Below are positions 38,902-48,067 of a DNA stretch of 64,000 nt, one piece after another. Made by a program: the position numbers and the translations under genes. The notes below the pieces were generated by a model, which had not been told where the DNA came from, did no database searches, and worked only from the letters and a program-made list of their open reading frames with translations. Numbering within the stretch: the first letter of the stretch is position 1; each line of letters begins with the position of its first letter. The stretch comes from an uncultured Candidatus Binatia bacterium (GTDB taxonomy: Bacteria; Desulfobacterota; Binatia; HRBIN30): assembly GCA_964524885.1 (NCBI GenBank), contig CAZGEJ010000003.1, positions 97,994 to 161,993 of the forward strand, read 5' to 3'.

Positions 38902-39640
38902 CAGCGGTGAACCGGCGTGCCCCTTCCGCCGTCTCGCCGGAGCGGATCACCTGCAGCCCCAGACGCGTCTCCTGCGCCAAGGCAGCGGCTTCCGACTGCC
39001 CCCATTGCGCATAGGCGGACAGGCGATCGTGACGCAGGCAGAGTTGCGGAAAGGCCGCGAGTTGTTCCGCCAAGGCACGCGCCGCGGCCAAGGCCGTACC
39101 CTGCGGTACGAGTCGGTTGACCAGGCCCATGCGCAGCGCCTCCTCGCCCTGCACGCCCCGCCCCGTGAGAATCAGGTCGAGCGCATGACTGTGGCCGATC
39201 AGCCGCGGCAGGCGGACACTGCCGCCATCGACGAGCGGCACCCCCCAGCGCCGGCAGTACACGCCGAACACCGCGTCTTGCGCGGCAACGCGCAGATCGC
39301 ACCACAGGGCCAGTTCGAGACCACCCGCAACCGCATGCCCCTCGACGGCGGCGATCACCGGTTTGCTGAGGAACATGCGGGTCGGCCCAAGCGGACCGTC
39401 CCCGTCTTCTTGCACACGATTGCCGCGCCGTTCGGCAATCGCTTTCAGGTCGGCACCGGCACAAAAGGTGCCGCCGGCGCCGGTGAGGATCGCTACGCTG
39501 GCGGACGGATCGGCGTCGAAGCGGCGAAAGGCAGCGGCGAGTGCGGCCGCGGTCGGACCGTCGATGGCGTTGCGCACGGCCGGGCGGTCGATGGTGACCA
39601 CGACCGTCGCCTGGTTTTGCTCGTATCCAACGGATCCCAT
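38852..39640 (-). CDS. Enoyl-CoA hydratase/isomerase (crotonase) family protein
   Basis: VAILTGAGGTFCAGADLK oxyanion-hole motif and AAVEGHAVAGGLELALWCD motif. Confidence 0.85.
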   Translation of the reverse strand: MGSVGYEQNQATVVVTIDRPAVRNAIDGPTAAALAAAFRRFDADPSASVAILTGAGGTFCAGADLKAIAERRGNRVQEDGDGPLGPTRMFLSKPVIAAVEGHAVAGGLELALWCDLRVAAQDAVFGVYCRRWGVPLVDGGSVRLPRLIGHSHALDLILTGRGVQGEEALRMGLVNRLVPQGTALAAARALAEQLAAFPQLCLRHDRLSAYAQWGQSEAAALAQETRLGLQVIRSGETAEGARRFTAGAGRHGRFAGSPTRAE

Positions 39641-39713
39641 GCCGTCCTCCTCACCACGATCGTCGCGGGCTTATCCTGACGCGCGGCGGCGCCGGGGACA
39701 AGCACCTTCGCGC

Positions 39714-40316
39714 TCAGGGGAGGATGGAGACGGGCGAGGAGACGAAGATCAGCGAAGCACCGGACTCACCGAGCAGCGCGACGTCGCCCTCGGCCAGCGG
39801 CGCCGCCGTCAGGTAAACCAGCACGGCCATCTGCAGTTCGCTGGCACCAGCGGGCACGCTCACCTCGACGACCATGTTCGGTTCGTAGGGTGGCGGCAAG
39901 GCCGAGGACACGTGCCACATGCCCGCGATCGCGGGGTTGCGCACCGCCACCTGCAGGAGGGCATGCGACGGCAGGCCGCTCGACGACAGTTCGAGTTCGA
40001 GTCGGCAGGGCGGTTCGGCGCACGAGAGCGAGTCGATGCCGGCCAGTCCGGTTTCCATCCGCACCTCGGCCCCTCCCGGATCCGGCAGGGTCGCCGTGGG
40101 CACGGGGAGCGGCTCGGCGTCGCTCGGGCACAGGACGGCGTCGCCCAGTTGTCGGCACTGCCGTCCTTCGAGGACGAGGTCGATGTGGCCGTCTTCGAGG
40201 CTCGGGCTCAGGTCGAAGCCGCTCGACCCGCTACCGCCGGCACAGCCGGAGAGCAGCGCGGCGACGAGCGCGAGCGTGGCGAGAAACGACGGGCGGGCGG
40301 CGGCGATGCGATTCAT
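39714..40316 (-). CDS. Lipoprotein of unknown function
   Basis: Signal peptide with lipobox LLSGC (MNRIAAARPSFLATLALVAALLSGCAGGS). Confidence 0.6.
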   Translation of the reverse strand: MNRIAAARPSFLATLALVAALLSGCAGGSGSSGFDLSPSLEDGHIDLVLEGRQCRQLGDAVLCPSDAEPLPVPTATLPDPGGAEVRMETGLAGIDSLSCAEPPCRLELELSSSGLPSHALLQVAVRNPAIAGMWHVSSALPPPYEPNMVVEVSVPAGASELQMAVLVYLTAAPLAEGDVALLGESGASLIFVSSPVSILP

Positions 40317-40326
40317 GCTCGGCTCA

Positions 40327-41136
40327 CTAGAGGGGAGTCGCGTTCACCAAGATGTTGAGGAAGCGCGTCTCCGTCCCCGGATCGGCGGCGTATTCCTCGG
40401 CGAGAGCGCGCACCGCGGCGTCGAGGCGAGCGTGGAACTCGGGCAGACGTGCCGCGTCGATGTTGAGGAAATGATTGCGCAGGTACGTGCCGGTTTCGGC
40501 ATCCGGCAGCGCCAACTTGTCGATCAAGCCCTTGATGAAGAGGGCGCAGAATTCGATGGCCAACGATTGCCGCTCGGCACCGTTGGAGGCGACGAAGTGC
40601 CGGCCCTTGCGGCGCACGTTGCGCCCGGAGAGCGCCACCAAGCCGCGCTCGATCAGGACTTGCTCGACGCGCTGGGCGAGATCCTCGTCGAGGGGTTCGC
40701 GTTGCGAGCGCTTGTCGCCGCCCTCGCGGAAGGCCTTGCGCCAACGGGCCAGCGGCATGTCGCTGCCGTCGTCGGGCAAGGCAGCGATCGCTTGGCTGAC
40801 GCGCACGGCGAGTTCGGCGTCTTCGACGCCTTCGACGGCACGCGGGGCGCGCAAGACGCGCTTCAACTCGCGGCCGAAGGCGTACACCATCCGGTCGCGC
40901 CACAGGAGCGCGAGCAATTCGTGGGCATCGCGCTTGGCGGCGACGGCGAGCCGACGCACGACGGCTTCGCTGGGGAGACGCTTCCCCTTTTCGATATAGC
41001 CGAGCATCACCGGGTCGATGCTGCCGCCGAGGACCTCCTCGGCGAATCGACGCAGGGTGTACTCGCGCCCCATGAGGACGCGCGTTTCGTAGAACACGTC
41101 CTTGATGCCGCGCAGGGCTCGGCTCGGACTCGCCAT
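40327..41136 (-). CDS. HTH (XRE-like) domain protein of unknown function
   Basis: Predicted N-terminal helix-turn-helix (YTLRRFAEEVLGGSIDPVMLGYIEKGKRLPS). Starts 11 nt after the stop of the preceding lipoprotein gene on the same strand. Confidence 0.5.
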   Translation of the reverse strand: MASPSRALRGIKDVFYETRVLMGREYTLRRFAEEVLGGSIDPVMLGYIEKGKRLPSEAVVRRLAVAAKRDAHELLALLWRDRMVYAFGRELKRVLRAPRAVEGVEDAELAVRVSQAIAALPDDGSDMPLARWRKAFREGGDKRSQREPLDEDLAQRVEQVLIERGLVALSGRNVRRKGRHFVASNGAERQSLAIEFCALFIKGLIDKLALPDAETGTYLRNHFLNIDAARLPEFHARLDAAVRALAEEYAADPGTETRFLNILVNATPL

Positions 41137-41214
41137 GCAGCAGAACTACCAAACAAAATCTCCATTGACAAGCAAACAATTCTTGTTCAGCCTGCAGTCA
41201 GGAAGGAGCTTCGC

Positions 41215-44200
41215 ATGCAACCCAAACGCCTCCCCCCTCTCATCCTCGCCTTCGCCCTGGCGCTCTCGGCCTTGTCCGGCTGCGGCGACTCGAACGACGG
41301 CCCCGACGCCACGCCGACGGTCGCCGCGACGCCGAGCCGCACTGCCACGGCGGTGCCACCGACCGCCACTCCCGTCGCGACTCCGACCACCGCCAGTGCC
41401 GCGTTGGCCGGGCTCGCCGTCGTCAGCAACCAAGTTGCCGCGGCGCCGGAGGATTCCCTCGGCGAACCGCCACCGGCGTGGCAACTTGCCCCCGAGGCGA
41501 CCTCCTTCCCGCACGCATTCTCCCATGCCGACTGGATCCTTCATGGCGTCGAAGGGCGCCGCGGCACCACCGCCGAGGACGGCACCTTCGTCATCGAGTC
41601 GCTGCCTCCGGGGCATTACGACCTCGAGCTGCGCCGCACCCTCAACGGCAACCTCGTCTCCCTCCTCGTGCCCGTCACCGTCGGCGACGACGGCGGCGCG
41701 CGCGTCGTCGTCGAACTCGACCAAGGGCGCGTGCGTTCGACGGTCGAGTACGTCGAAGACGGCACCGCGAAACGAGAGATCGTCGGGCCCGACGGCTCGC
41801 GCCTCGTCATCGCCGGCGACCAGGTCGGCGAACTCGGCGATCTGCACCGCCGCTGGCTCGACCCGGACGGTGACGGTCAGCTGACGTCGCCACACTGCGG
41901 CGAGCCCTTGTGGCGTTGTGAGGACGGTGCCGGATGCGGCGACGACCGCGCTTGTGTTTGCACCGCCAGCTGTCCGTTCTGCGAGGATTGCGGCCCGAAC
42001 GTATGTGCCAGCCCGAACCAGCCGACGCCCTACCGCTGCGAAGCCGACGGCGGCTGTGCCCAAGCGGGCGACGTCTGCACCTGCGTCTCCTCGTGCCCCG
42101 ACTGTGACGATTGCGCTCTGTCCGTCTGCGTGCCGAGCTGCGCTCCGACGAAGATCGAGGCGCTCACCGTGTTCGGACCGCCGCAGATCGTCGTCGGCCA
42201 ACCTGGGTGGTTCCGCGCCATAGCCCGCCTCGACGACGGCAGCGACGTCGACGTCACCTACCTCGCCACGTGGGAGTCGTCCGACGGAACGGTCGCCCGT
42301 ATCGACAGCTGGGGTACGGTGACGGCACAGGCGGTAGGCCAGGCGGAAATCGTCGCTCGCATCGGCGACATCCGCTCGGCGTCCAGCCCGGTCGAGGTCG
42401 CCGAACGGGCACGGGTGACCCAAGTCGACGTGCACGTGCTCGAATGCATCGCTCCTTTTGGACGACCGGACCCGGCGGATGTGATCGACGCGCCGGCCTT
42501 GCCCGGCGACATGTTGCCGCATCCCTACTGCCAAGAGGTCGTACGCGTCGGCCGCATGCTGTCGTTGGTCGCCTTCGTCACCTTCGCCGATGGCTCCATG
42601 CAGATCGTCACCGACGAAGCGACGTGGAGCAGCTCACCCGAGACGGTCGCCAGCATCGTGGGCGGCCGGCTCACGGCAATCAGCGCCGGAACCGCCGAGG
42701 TGCGCGCCACCGTCGACGGCGTCAGCAGCGCCCCACTCGCGATTCGGGTCGTCGACCAAGCCACCGTCGTCCAGCTCTCGATCTATCCCGAATACGGCTA
42801 CCGCGGGCCGATCTTCTTCCCGGCGCTGGCCAACGACCCCGTGATCGACGCCAGCCTGCCGTGCTTCGACTGTGGCTTCGGCCATACCGTCCTGATCGGC
42901 GACATCGTGCCCTTCCATGCCACCGCCCGCTACGACACGGGTGAATGGGAAGAAGTCACCACACGTGTCACGTGGAGCAGCACCGCGCCGGAGGTCGGCT
43001 CGGTCGACGCCACGGGCGCGTTCACGGCGTCCGCCGCCGGCAGCACCGAGGTGCAGGCACGTCTGGGCGAGGCGACGAGCAACCCCGTCGACGTGCGTGT
43101 CGTCGCCGAGGCGACGTTGATCGACCTGTCGATCTACCAGGACGGGCCCGACCGCGTCGTCGAAAAGGGCGCCCAAGCCTTCTTCCGCGCCCAGGCCTCG
43201 TACGACGTCGACCTCGGTCGCGATGCCACCGAGGAAGCGACGTGGTTCAGCAGCGACGAGACCATCGGCGGCTTCGATACCGCCGGAACCTTCACCGGAC
43301 GTGCCGCCGGCACCGTCGAAGTGTGGGCCGAGTTGGAAGGTCGCCCCAGCAACCGCCTGCGCCTGCAGGTCTTCGCCACCTCCAGCCTCGAGTACTGCGA
43401 CCCGAACGACGTCAATCGCGGCTACTGGTCGGACGCCTTCAACCGGGTCATCCTCGAGTCGAGCTGCCGCACCTACACGCCGCCCGAGGTGGCCGAGCTG
43501 CGCTTCACCGTCACCGAGCGTGAGCGACCGATCGGCATTTTCGATCCCTGCCTCGACCTGTACGTCTACCGCAACGGCACGAAGATCCGCACCATCCGCG
43601 AGCAGGGATGCGGCGAGCCGTTTCTCGCCCCCGGCGCGCCGCAGCTCGACGAGTTGGCGCCGCGCTACCAGACACGCGCCTTCTGGGATCTCAAGGACGA
43701 CGCCGGCGAGACGGTACCGCCGGGGGTCTACACCATCTACGGCCGCTTCTATCTGTACTTCGACCCGGTCGTGCAGATCGACGTAGCCGTCGCCGGCGAT
43801 GACGGCTCCGTCCCATGCACGGTGAACCAATGCGGCAACGGCTGTGGCTACGTGCGCGCCTGTGGCGACGACGGCGGCCCGGTGGCCTGCCCGGCGATTT
43901 GCCGTGAGATCTGCGACTGCCCGGAGGGCTGGGGCATCACCGAAGACGGAAACTGCGAGGTATGCCCGAAGACGTGCTGCGGCCCGAACGAAGAGTGCAT
44001 CGACGTCCTGCCCCCGTGCGAGGTGGAAGAGCCGCGCTGTTGCCCGACCGGCGAGGTGTGCGAGGGGCTGCCTCCGTGCGATCCGACGGCCTGCTGCCCG
44101 AAAGACGCCCTCTGCATCTTGCCGCTGCCGAGCTGCGAGTTGGAATGTTGCCCGCCCAATGCCCGTTGCACGGCGGACGTGCCGCCGTGTGTGGTCGAGA

Positions 44201-44700
44201 CGCTCGCCTGTTGCCCGGAGGGCGCATTCTGCGGCCCGATCGGCCTCCCTCCGTGCGGCCCGCCACTGTGTTGTCCGGAGGGCGCATTCTGCGGCGCCCG
44301 GGAATGGCCTACCTGCTCGCCGCGCTGTTGCCCCGAGGGAGACCTCGCCTGCGCCGACACCCTGTTTCCCTGCGAGTCCTGCTGCGACCCGAGCCGCGGC
44401 CCATGCATCCAAGGGATGCCGGCCTGTGAACGCGACGAACCGAAGTGCTGTGCGCCGGGCGAAACCTGCCCCGACGCCCTGCCGGCCTGCCCGCGGCCCG
44501 ACCCGGCGCCGCCGTGCCAGCGCACGGGATGCAGCGGCCAGATCTGCGCCAACGAGCCGGTCCCGACCACCTGCGAATTCCGGCCGGAATACGCGTGTTA
44601 TGCCGATGCTGCGTGCGAAGCGCAGGATGATGGCTCGTGTGGCTGGACCGAAACCGAGGAACTGCGCCGCTGCCTGAACGAGTTGGCACCGCCCAACTGA
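41215..44700 (+). CDS. Large lipoprotein with bacterial Ig-like (Big_2) domains and an extremely Cys-rich C-terminal repeat region
   Basis: GGAAGGAG RBS. Signal peptide plus lipobox LSGCG. At least three Big_2-like segments (ATWESSDGTVARIDSWGTVTAQAVGQAEIVA; ATWSSSPETVASIVGGRLTAISAGTAEVRA; TWSSTAPEVGSVDATGAFTASAAGSTEVQA). C-terminal about 330 aa of CCP-x-G repeats (CCPTGEVCEG; CCPKDALC; CCPPNARC; CCPEGAFCGP twice; CCPEGDLAC; CCAPGETCP). Confidence 0.75.
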   Translation: MQPKRLPPLILAFALALSALSGCGDSNDGPDATPTVAATPSRTATAVPPTATPVATPTTASAALAGLAVVSNQVAAAPEDSLGEPPPAWQLAPEATSFPHAFSHADWILHGVEGRRGTTAEDGTFVIESLPPGHYDLELRRTLNGNLVSLLVPVTVGDDGGARVVVELDQGRVRSTVEYVEDGTAKREIVGPDGSRLVIAGDQVGELGDLHRRWLDPDGDGQLTSPHCGEPLWRCEDGAGCGDDRACVCTASCPFCEDCGPNVCASPNQPTPYRCEADGGCAQAGDVCTCVSSCPDCDDCALSVCVPSCAPTKIEALTVFGPPQIVVGQPGWFRAIARLDDGSDVDVTYLATWESSDGTVARIDSWGTVTAQAVGQAEIVARIGDIRSASSPVEVAERARVTQVDVHVLECIAPFGRPDPADVIDAPALPGDMLPHPYCQEVVRVGRMLSLVAFVTFADGSMQIVTDEATWSSSPETVASIVGGRLTAISAGTAEVRATVDGVSSAPLAIRVVDQATVVQLSIYPEYGYRGPIFFPALANDPVIDASLPCFDCGFGHTVLIGDIVPFHATARYDTGEWEEVTTRVTWSSTAPEVGSVDATGAFTASAAGSTEVQARLGEATSNPVDVRVVAEATLIDLSIYQDGPDRVVEKGAQAFFRAQASYDVDLGRDATEEATWFSSDETIGGFDTAGTFTGRAAGTVEVWAELEGRPSNRLRLQVFATSSLEYCDPNDVNRGYWSDAFNRVILESSCRTYTPPEVAELRFTVTERERPIGIFDPCLDLYVYRNGTKIRTIREQGCGEPFLAPGAPQLDELAPRYQTRAFWDLKDDAGETVPPGVYTIYGRFYLYFDPVVQIDVAVAGDDGSVPCTVNQCGNGCGYVRACGDDGGPVACPAICREICDCPEGWGITEDGNCEVCPKTCCGPNEECIDVLPPCEVEEPRCCPTGEVCEGLPPCDPTACCPKDALCILPLPSCELECCPPNARCTADVPPCVVETLACCPEGAFCGPIGLPPCGPPLCCPEGAFCGAREWPTCSPRCCPEGDLACADTLFPCESCCDPSRGPCIQGMPACERDEPKCCAPGETCPDALPACPRPDPAPPCQRTGCSGQICANEPVPTTCEFRPEYACYADAACEAQDDGSCGWTETEELRRCLNELAPPN

Positions 44701-44827
44701 TGGCGAACGAACCCTTCGTTCGCCTCTGCCCCCGAGGCGAACGTCGGCACCGGCTGCCCCCGGTGCTACCCCCGACGCGGGCCGTCCCTCCCCAGGACGG
44801 CCCGCGTTGTGCTATCGGCCGTCCGCC

Positions 44828-46486
44828 ATGCTCGTCGCCAATCGCCCGTCCGACCGGTGGTCGGATCCGCAGCTCCTGGCCCACCGGGCGCGTCTACTGA
44901 CGATACTCGGCCTCGGGGCGGTCTTCCTGTTCGCCATCGCCGACCCGCTCCTCAGCCCCGGCATCGTCGCTACCTTGTGGAGCGTGAAGGCGGCGATGAG
45001 CCTCGCCTTCGGCGTTGCGCTGTGGGCGCTGCGAGATTCGCCGAGCGAGCGATGCAGTTGCTGGGCTGCGCTCGGCAGCATCGTGACGGCCTGCTTCGGC
45101 ACGGCGATCTCCGGGATACTCACCAACGACGAACTGACGACACAGATGATGTGCGTCACGGGCCTCCTGTTGGCCTCCCTGACGCTGCCTTGGGGCGTGC
45201 TCTGGCAGTCGATCGCAGCGGCCATCGCGGCGCTGGCCATCTCGATGAACGTCGTCGTCGTCGGTCGCTACGACTACCCGCTGGTCGCCTCGATGGTGCT
45301 GTTGGCGGCGTCGGCCTTCATCGCCGAGCGTCTGCGCGCACGCGAGGAGGCCGCAGCGCGGGTGCATGCCGCCATCGAGGCGAGCGAGCGCTTTTTGCGT
45401 CAGATGACCGACCAGCTCCCGGCGCTCATCGCGTATTTGGACACGGAAGAGCGCTACCGCTTCGTCAATCGAGCCTTGGCGCTGTGGGCGCGACGCAGCC
45501 CGGATGCGATGATCGGCGCGCGCTTGGAGGAACTCACCGAACCGATCTACCTCGACATCCTGCAGCCGCACGTCGCCGCTGCCCTCGCCGGAGAGCGGCG
45601 CGCCTTCGAAATCGAGGTTCCCGACCCGAACGACGAAATCCGTACCCTGGCGCACGTCCTCGAACCCGACTTCGACGAGAGCGGCAAGGTGCGCGGTTTC
45701 TTTTCGCTGGCGCGCGACGTCACCGACACCAAGCGCGCCGAGGAAGCCGTACGCCACCATCAGGCCGAGTTGGCCCACGTACAACGGTTGACCACGATGG
45801 GCGAAATGGCGGCGGCATTGGCGCACGAACTGAGCCAACCTCTCCAGGCCATAGCCGCGTACGCCGTCAGCTGCTCCGAAAGCCTGCCCGCCGACGTGCC
45901 TTATGCCGACCAGGTGCGGGCGATGGCGACGCAAGTGACGGAAGAGGCGCTGCGCGCGGGCGAGATCATCCGCCGATTGCAACGCTTGGCCCGCAAGGCC
46001 GACCCCAAGGTCGAAGCCGTCGACGCCAATGCCATCGTCCACAACGCGCTGCGCCTGGTGCGCGCCGAAGCGGAGCAACTGGGGATTCAACTCGAACTCG
46101 ACCTCGCCCCCGACCTGCCACCGGTCCGAGCCGACGGCATCCAGATCGAGCAGGTCCTCATGAACCTCCTGCTCAATGCCATCCAGGCGGTCGACCGCAG
46201 CGGTGCCCCGCAGCGCCGCATCCTCACGCGCACCGGGGCGGCCGACAATGGCGTCAGCTTTTCCGTCGAAGACAGCGGCCCCGGCGTCGCCCCCGACGAC
46301 CGACAGCGGATCTTCGAACCGTACTTCACCACCCGCGCCGAAGGACTCGGCATGGGACTCGCCATCAGCCGCTCGATCCTCGACGCGCACGAGGGCACGC
46401 TGACGCTGGTGGACCCGCCGGACGGACTCGGCGGCGCCTGTTTCCGCCTCTGGCTGCCCTCCATGACCCCGGCCCCCACCACCTAG
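44828..46486 (+). CDS. Membrane-bound PAS-domain sensor histidine kinase
   Basis: N-terminal TM helices and a PAS-like region (LIAYLDTEERYRFVNRALALWA). H-box AHELSQPLQAIAAYAV. N, G1 and G2 boxes present (LLNAIQA; DSGPGV; GLGMGL). Confidence 0.8.
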   Translation: MLVANRPSDRWSDPQLLAHRARLLTILGLGAVFLFAIADPLLSPGIVATLWSVKAAMSLAFGVALWALRDSPSERCSCWAALGSIVTACFGTAISGILTNDELTTQMMCVTGLLLASLTLPWGVLWQSIAAAIAALAISMNVVVVGRYDYPLVASMVLLAASAFIAERLRAREEAAARVHAAIEASERFLRQMTDQLPALIAYLDTEERYRFVNRALALWARRSPDAMIGARLEELTEPIYLDILQPHVAAALAGERRAFEIEVPDPNDEIRTLAHVLEPDFDESGKVRGFFSLARDVTDTKRAEEAVRHHQAELAHVQRLTTMGEMAAALAHELSQPLQAIAAYAVSCSESLPADVPYADQVRAMATQVTEEALRAGEIIRRLQRLARKADPKVEAVDANAIVHNALRLVRAEAEQLGIQLELDLAPDLPPVRADGIQIEQVLMNLLLNAIQAVDRSGAPQRRILTRTGAADNGVSFSVEDSGPGVAPDDRQRIFEPYFTTRAEGLGMGLAISRSILDAHEGTLTLVDPPDGLGGACFRLWLPSMTPAPTT

Positions 46487-46563
46487 CGGCGTACCCGCGC
46501 CTATGGTACGAGCGCCGACGTTCGCTACGATCGAGGTCGATCGAGCGACCGAGGAGAGTTGCG

Positions 46564-47703
46564 ATGCCCACATCCGCCGCCGAATCCACCGCCGAAGCGC
46601 GCCTGCGTGCCGTCCCGGCCGGGCCGCCGCCGCGCGAAACCCGCAACACCTGGGCCAACCTGGCGGCGGTCCTCGAACGCCACCGCGGCCAACGGCTGCT
46701 GGTGCTCCTCGTCGGCTACCCGGACCCCGACAACATCGGCTCGGGCTTGGCTTTGCAGTACCTGGCCGACCGCTTCGACATCGAAACGACCCTGCTGTCC
46801 TTCCACGAGGTCAGCCACCAGGAGAACCGCGCCCTCGTGAAGCGCCTCGCCGTCGACTTGCACCTGTACGACGACCGCTTCGACCTCGACGCCTTCGACG
46901 CCTACGCCATCGTCGACACGCCCAAACTGGAAACGCCGATCCACGACGAACTCGAAGGTAAGGCCTTTCTCGCCTTCGTCGACCACCACAAACGACCGAC
47001 CGAGGTCGATGCCGAGTTCGTCGACGTGCGCGAGGACGCCGGCTCGACCTGCGGCATCTTCGCCGACTACCTGCGCCAACTGCAGCCGCAAGGACTCGAC
47101 CCCAGTGACCCCGGCCAGGCACGGCTCGCCACCGCCCTGATGCACGGCATCCGCTCCGATACACGCCTACTGCTGCGCGCCTCGCAGCTCGACTTCGAGG
47201 CCTGCGCCTACCTCTGGAACGCCGTCGATCACGCCCTGCTCAAGCGCATCTCGGCCCAGTCGCTCAGCCCGGCGGTCATGGACATGATCCAGGCGGCTCT
47301 CGAGCGTAAAAAGGTCTACGACAACTTCCTCTTCAGCGACGTCGGCTTCGTCCGCCGTGAGCACCGCGACGGCATCCCGCAGGCCGCCGAGTTCCTCTTG
47401 TCGCGCGAGGGCATCGATACGGTGTTGGTGTTCGGCGTCGTCGACGGCCGCACCATCGACGGCTCGCTGCGTACCCGCAGCGACCAGATCAGCCCCGACT
47501 CGTTTTTGAAGAAAGCCTTCGGCATCGACGAGGAGCGCGGCCAGCACTACGGCGGCGGCAACCTGCGCGACAAGGGCGGCTTCCAGATCCCGCTAGGATT
47601 CCTCGCCCAGCACAAAGACCGCGAGCAGCTCTACCGCATGGCCTGGGAGGTCATCCACGGCAAGTTCCTCGAGGCGATCGGCCGCCTCGGCGAAAACGGC
47701 TGA
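46564..47703 (+). CDS. DHH/DHHA1-family phosphoesterase (NrnA-like)
   Basis: The family-defining DHH motif sits in FVDHHKRP. The overall size and the C-terminal G-rich segment (GGGNLRDKGG) fit a DHHA1 domain. Confidence 0.75.
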   Translation: MPTSAAESTAEARLRAVPAGPPPRETRNTWANLAAVLERHRGQRLLVLLVGYPDPDNIGSGLALQYLADRFDIETTLLSFHEVSHQENRALVKRLAVDLHLYDDRFDLDAFDAYAIVDTPKLETPIHDELEGKAFLAFVDHHKRPTEVDAEFVDVREDAGSTCGIFADYLRQLQPQGLDPSDPGQARLATALMHGIRSDTRLLLRASQLDFEACAYLWNAVDHALLKRISAQSLSPAVMDMIQAALERKKVYDNFLFSDVGFVRREHRDGIPQAAEFLLSREGIDTVLVFGVVDGRTIDGSLRTRSDQISPDSFLKKAFGIDEERGQHYGGGNLRDKGGFQIPLGFLAQHKDREQLYRMAWEVIHGKFLEAIGRLGENG

Positions 47704-47716
47704 GGGCGCCCGCCGC

Positions 47717-47956
47717 TCAGCCGCGCTTCGGGCGCAGGCCGATGCCGCGGTAGTCGACGTCGACCGCGTGCACCTCGTCGCCCTGCAGCATCGAGGCGAG
47801 ATGTGCCGCCTCGCAATGGACCTCGACCAGACGCGGGTTCTTGGCGATCCACTCGAGGAACACCTCCGTGCGCGCCAGCCAGCGCCGGGCTTCGTCGATT
47901 TCGGCTGCCTGCCCAGCAGCCTGGCTGGCCAAACTACGTTCGATGGTGCTCTTCAC
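47717..47956 (-). CDS. Possible small hypothetical protein (about 80 aa)
   Basis: The 3' portion of a long shadow ORF lies in the gap between the DHH gene and the molybdoenzyme gene. A GTG start is preceded by GGAGGG on the coding strand. No recognisable motif. Confidence 0.25.
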   Translation of the reverse strand: MKSTIERSLASQAAGQAAEIDEARRWLARTEVFLEWIAKNPRLVEVHCEAAHLASMLQGDEVHAVDVDYRGIGLRPKRG

Positions 47957-48067
47957 GGACACGTCTCCACCCTCCGCAATAAAGTCCCGACTTCCTACTG
48001 AAAATCGCCGGCACGCGCCAGTGACGCACGCCGCCACGCCTCGACATCGCCGGCGCGCTCTCGCATC

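Noticed and set aside
40313-41179. 288-aa - strand ORF overlapping the HTH gene in another frame
   Set aside because: It is an alternative-frame shadow, Arg-rich. The co-located frame at 40327..41136 has a plausible HTH and normal composition.
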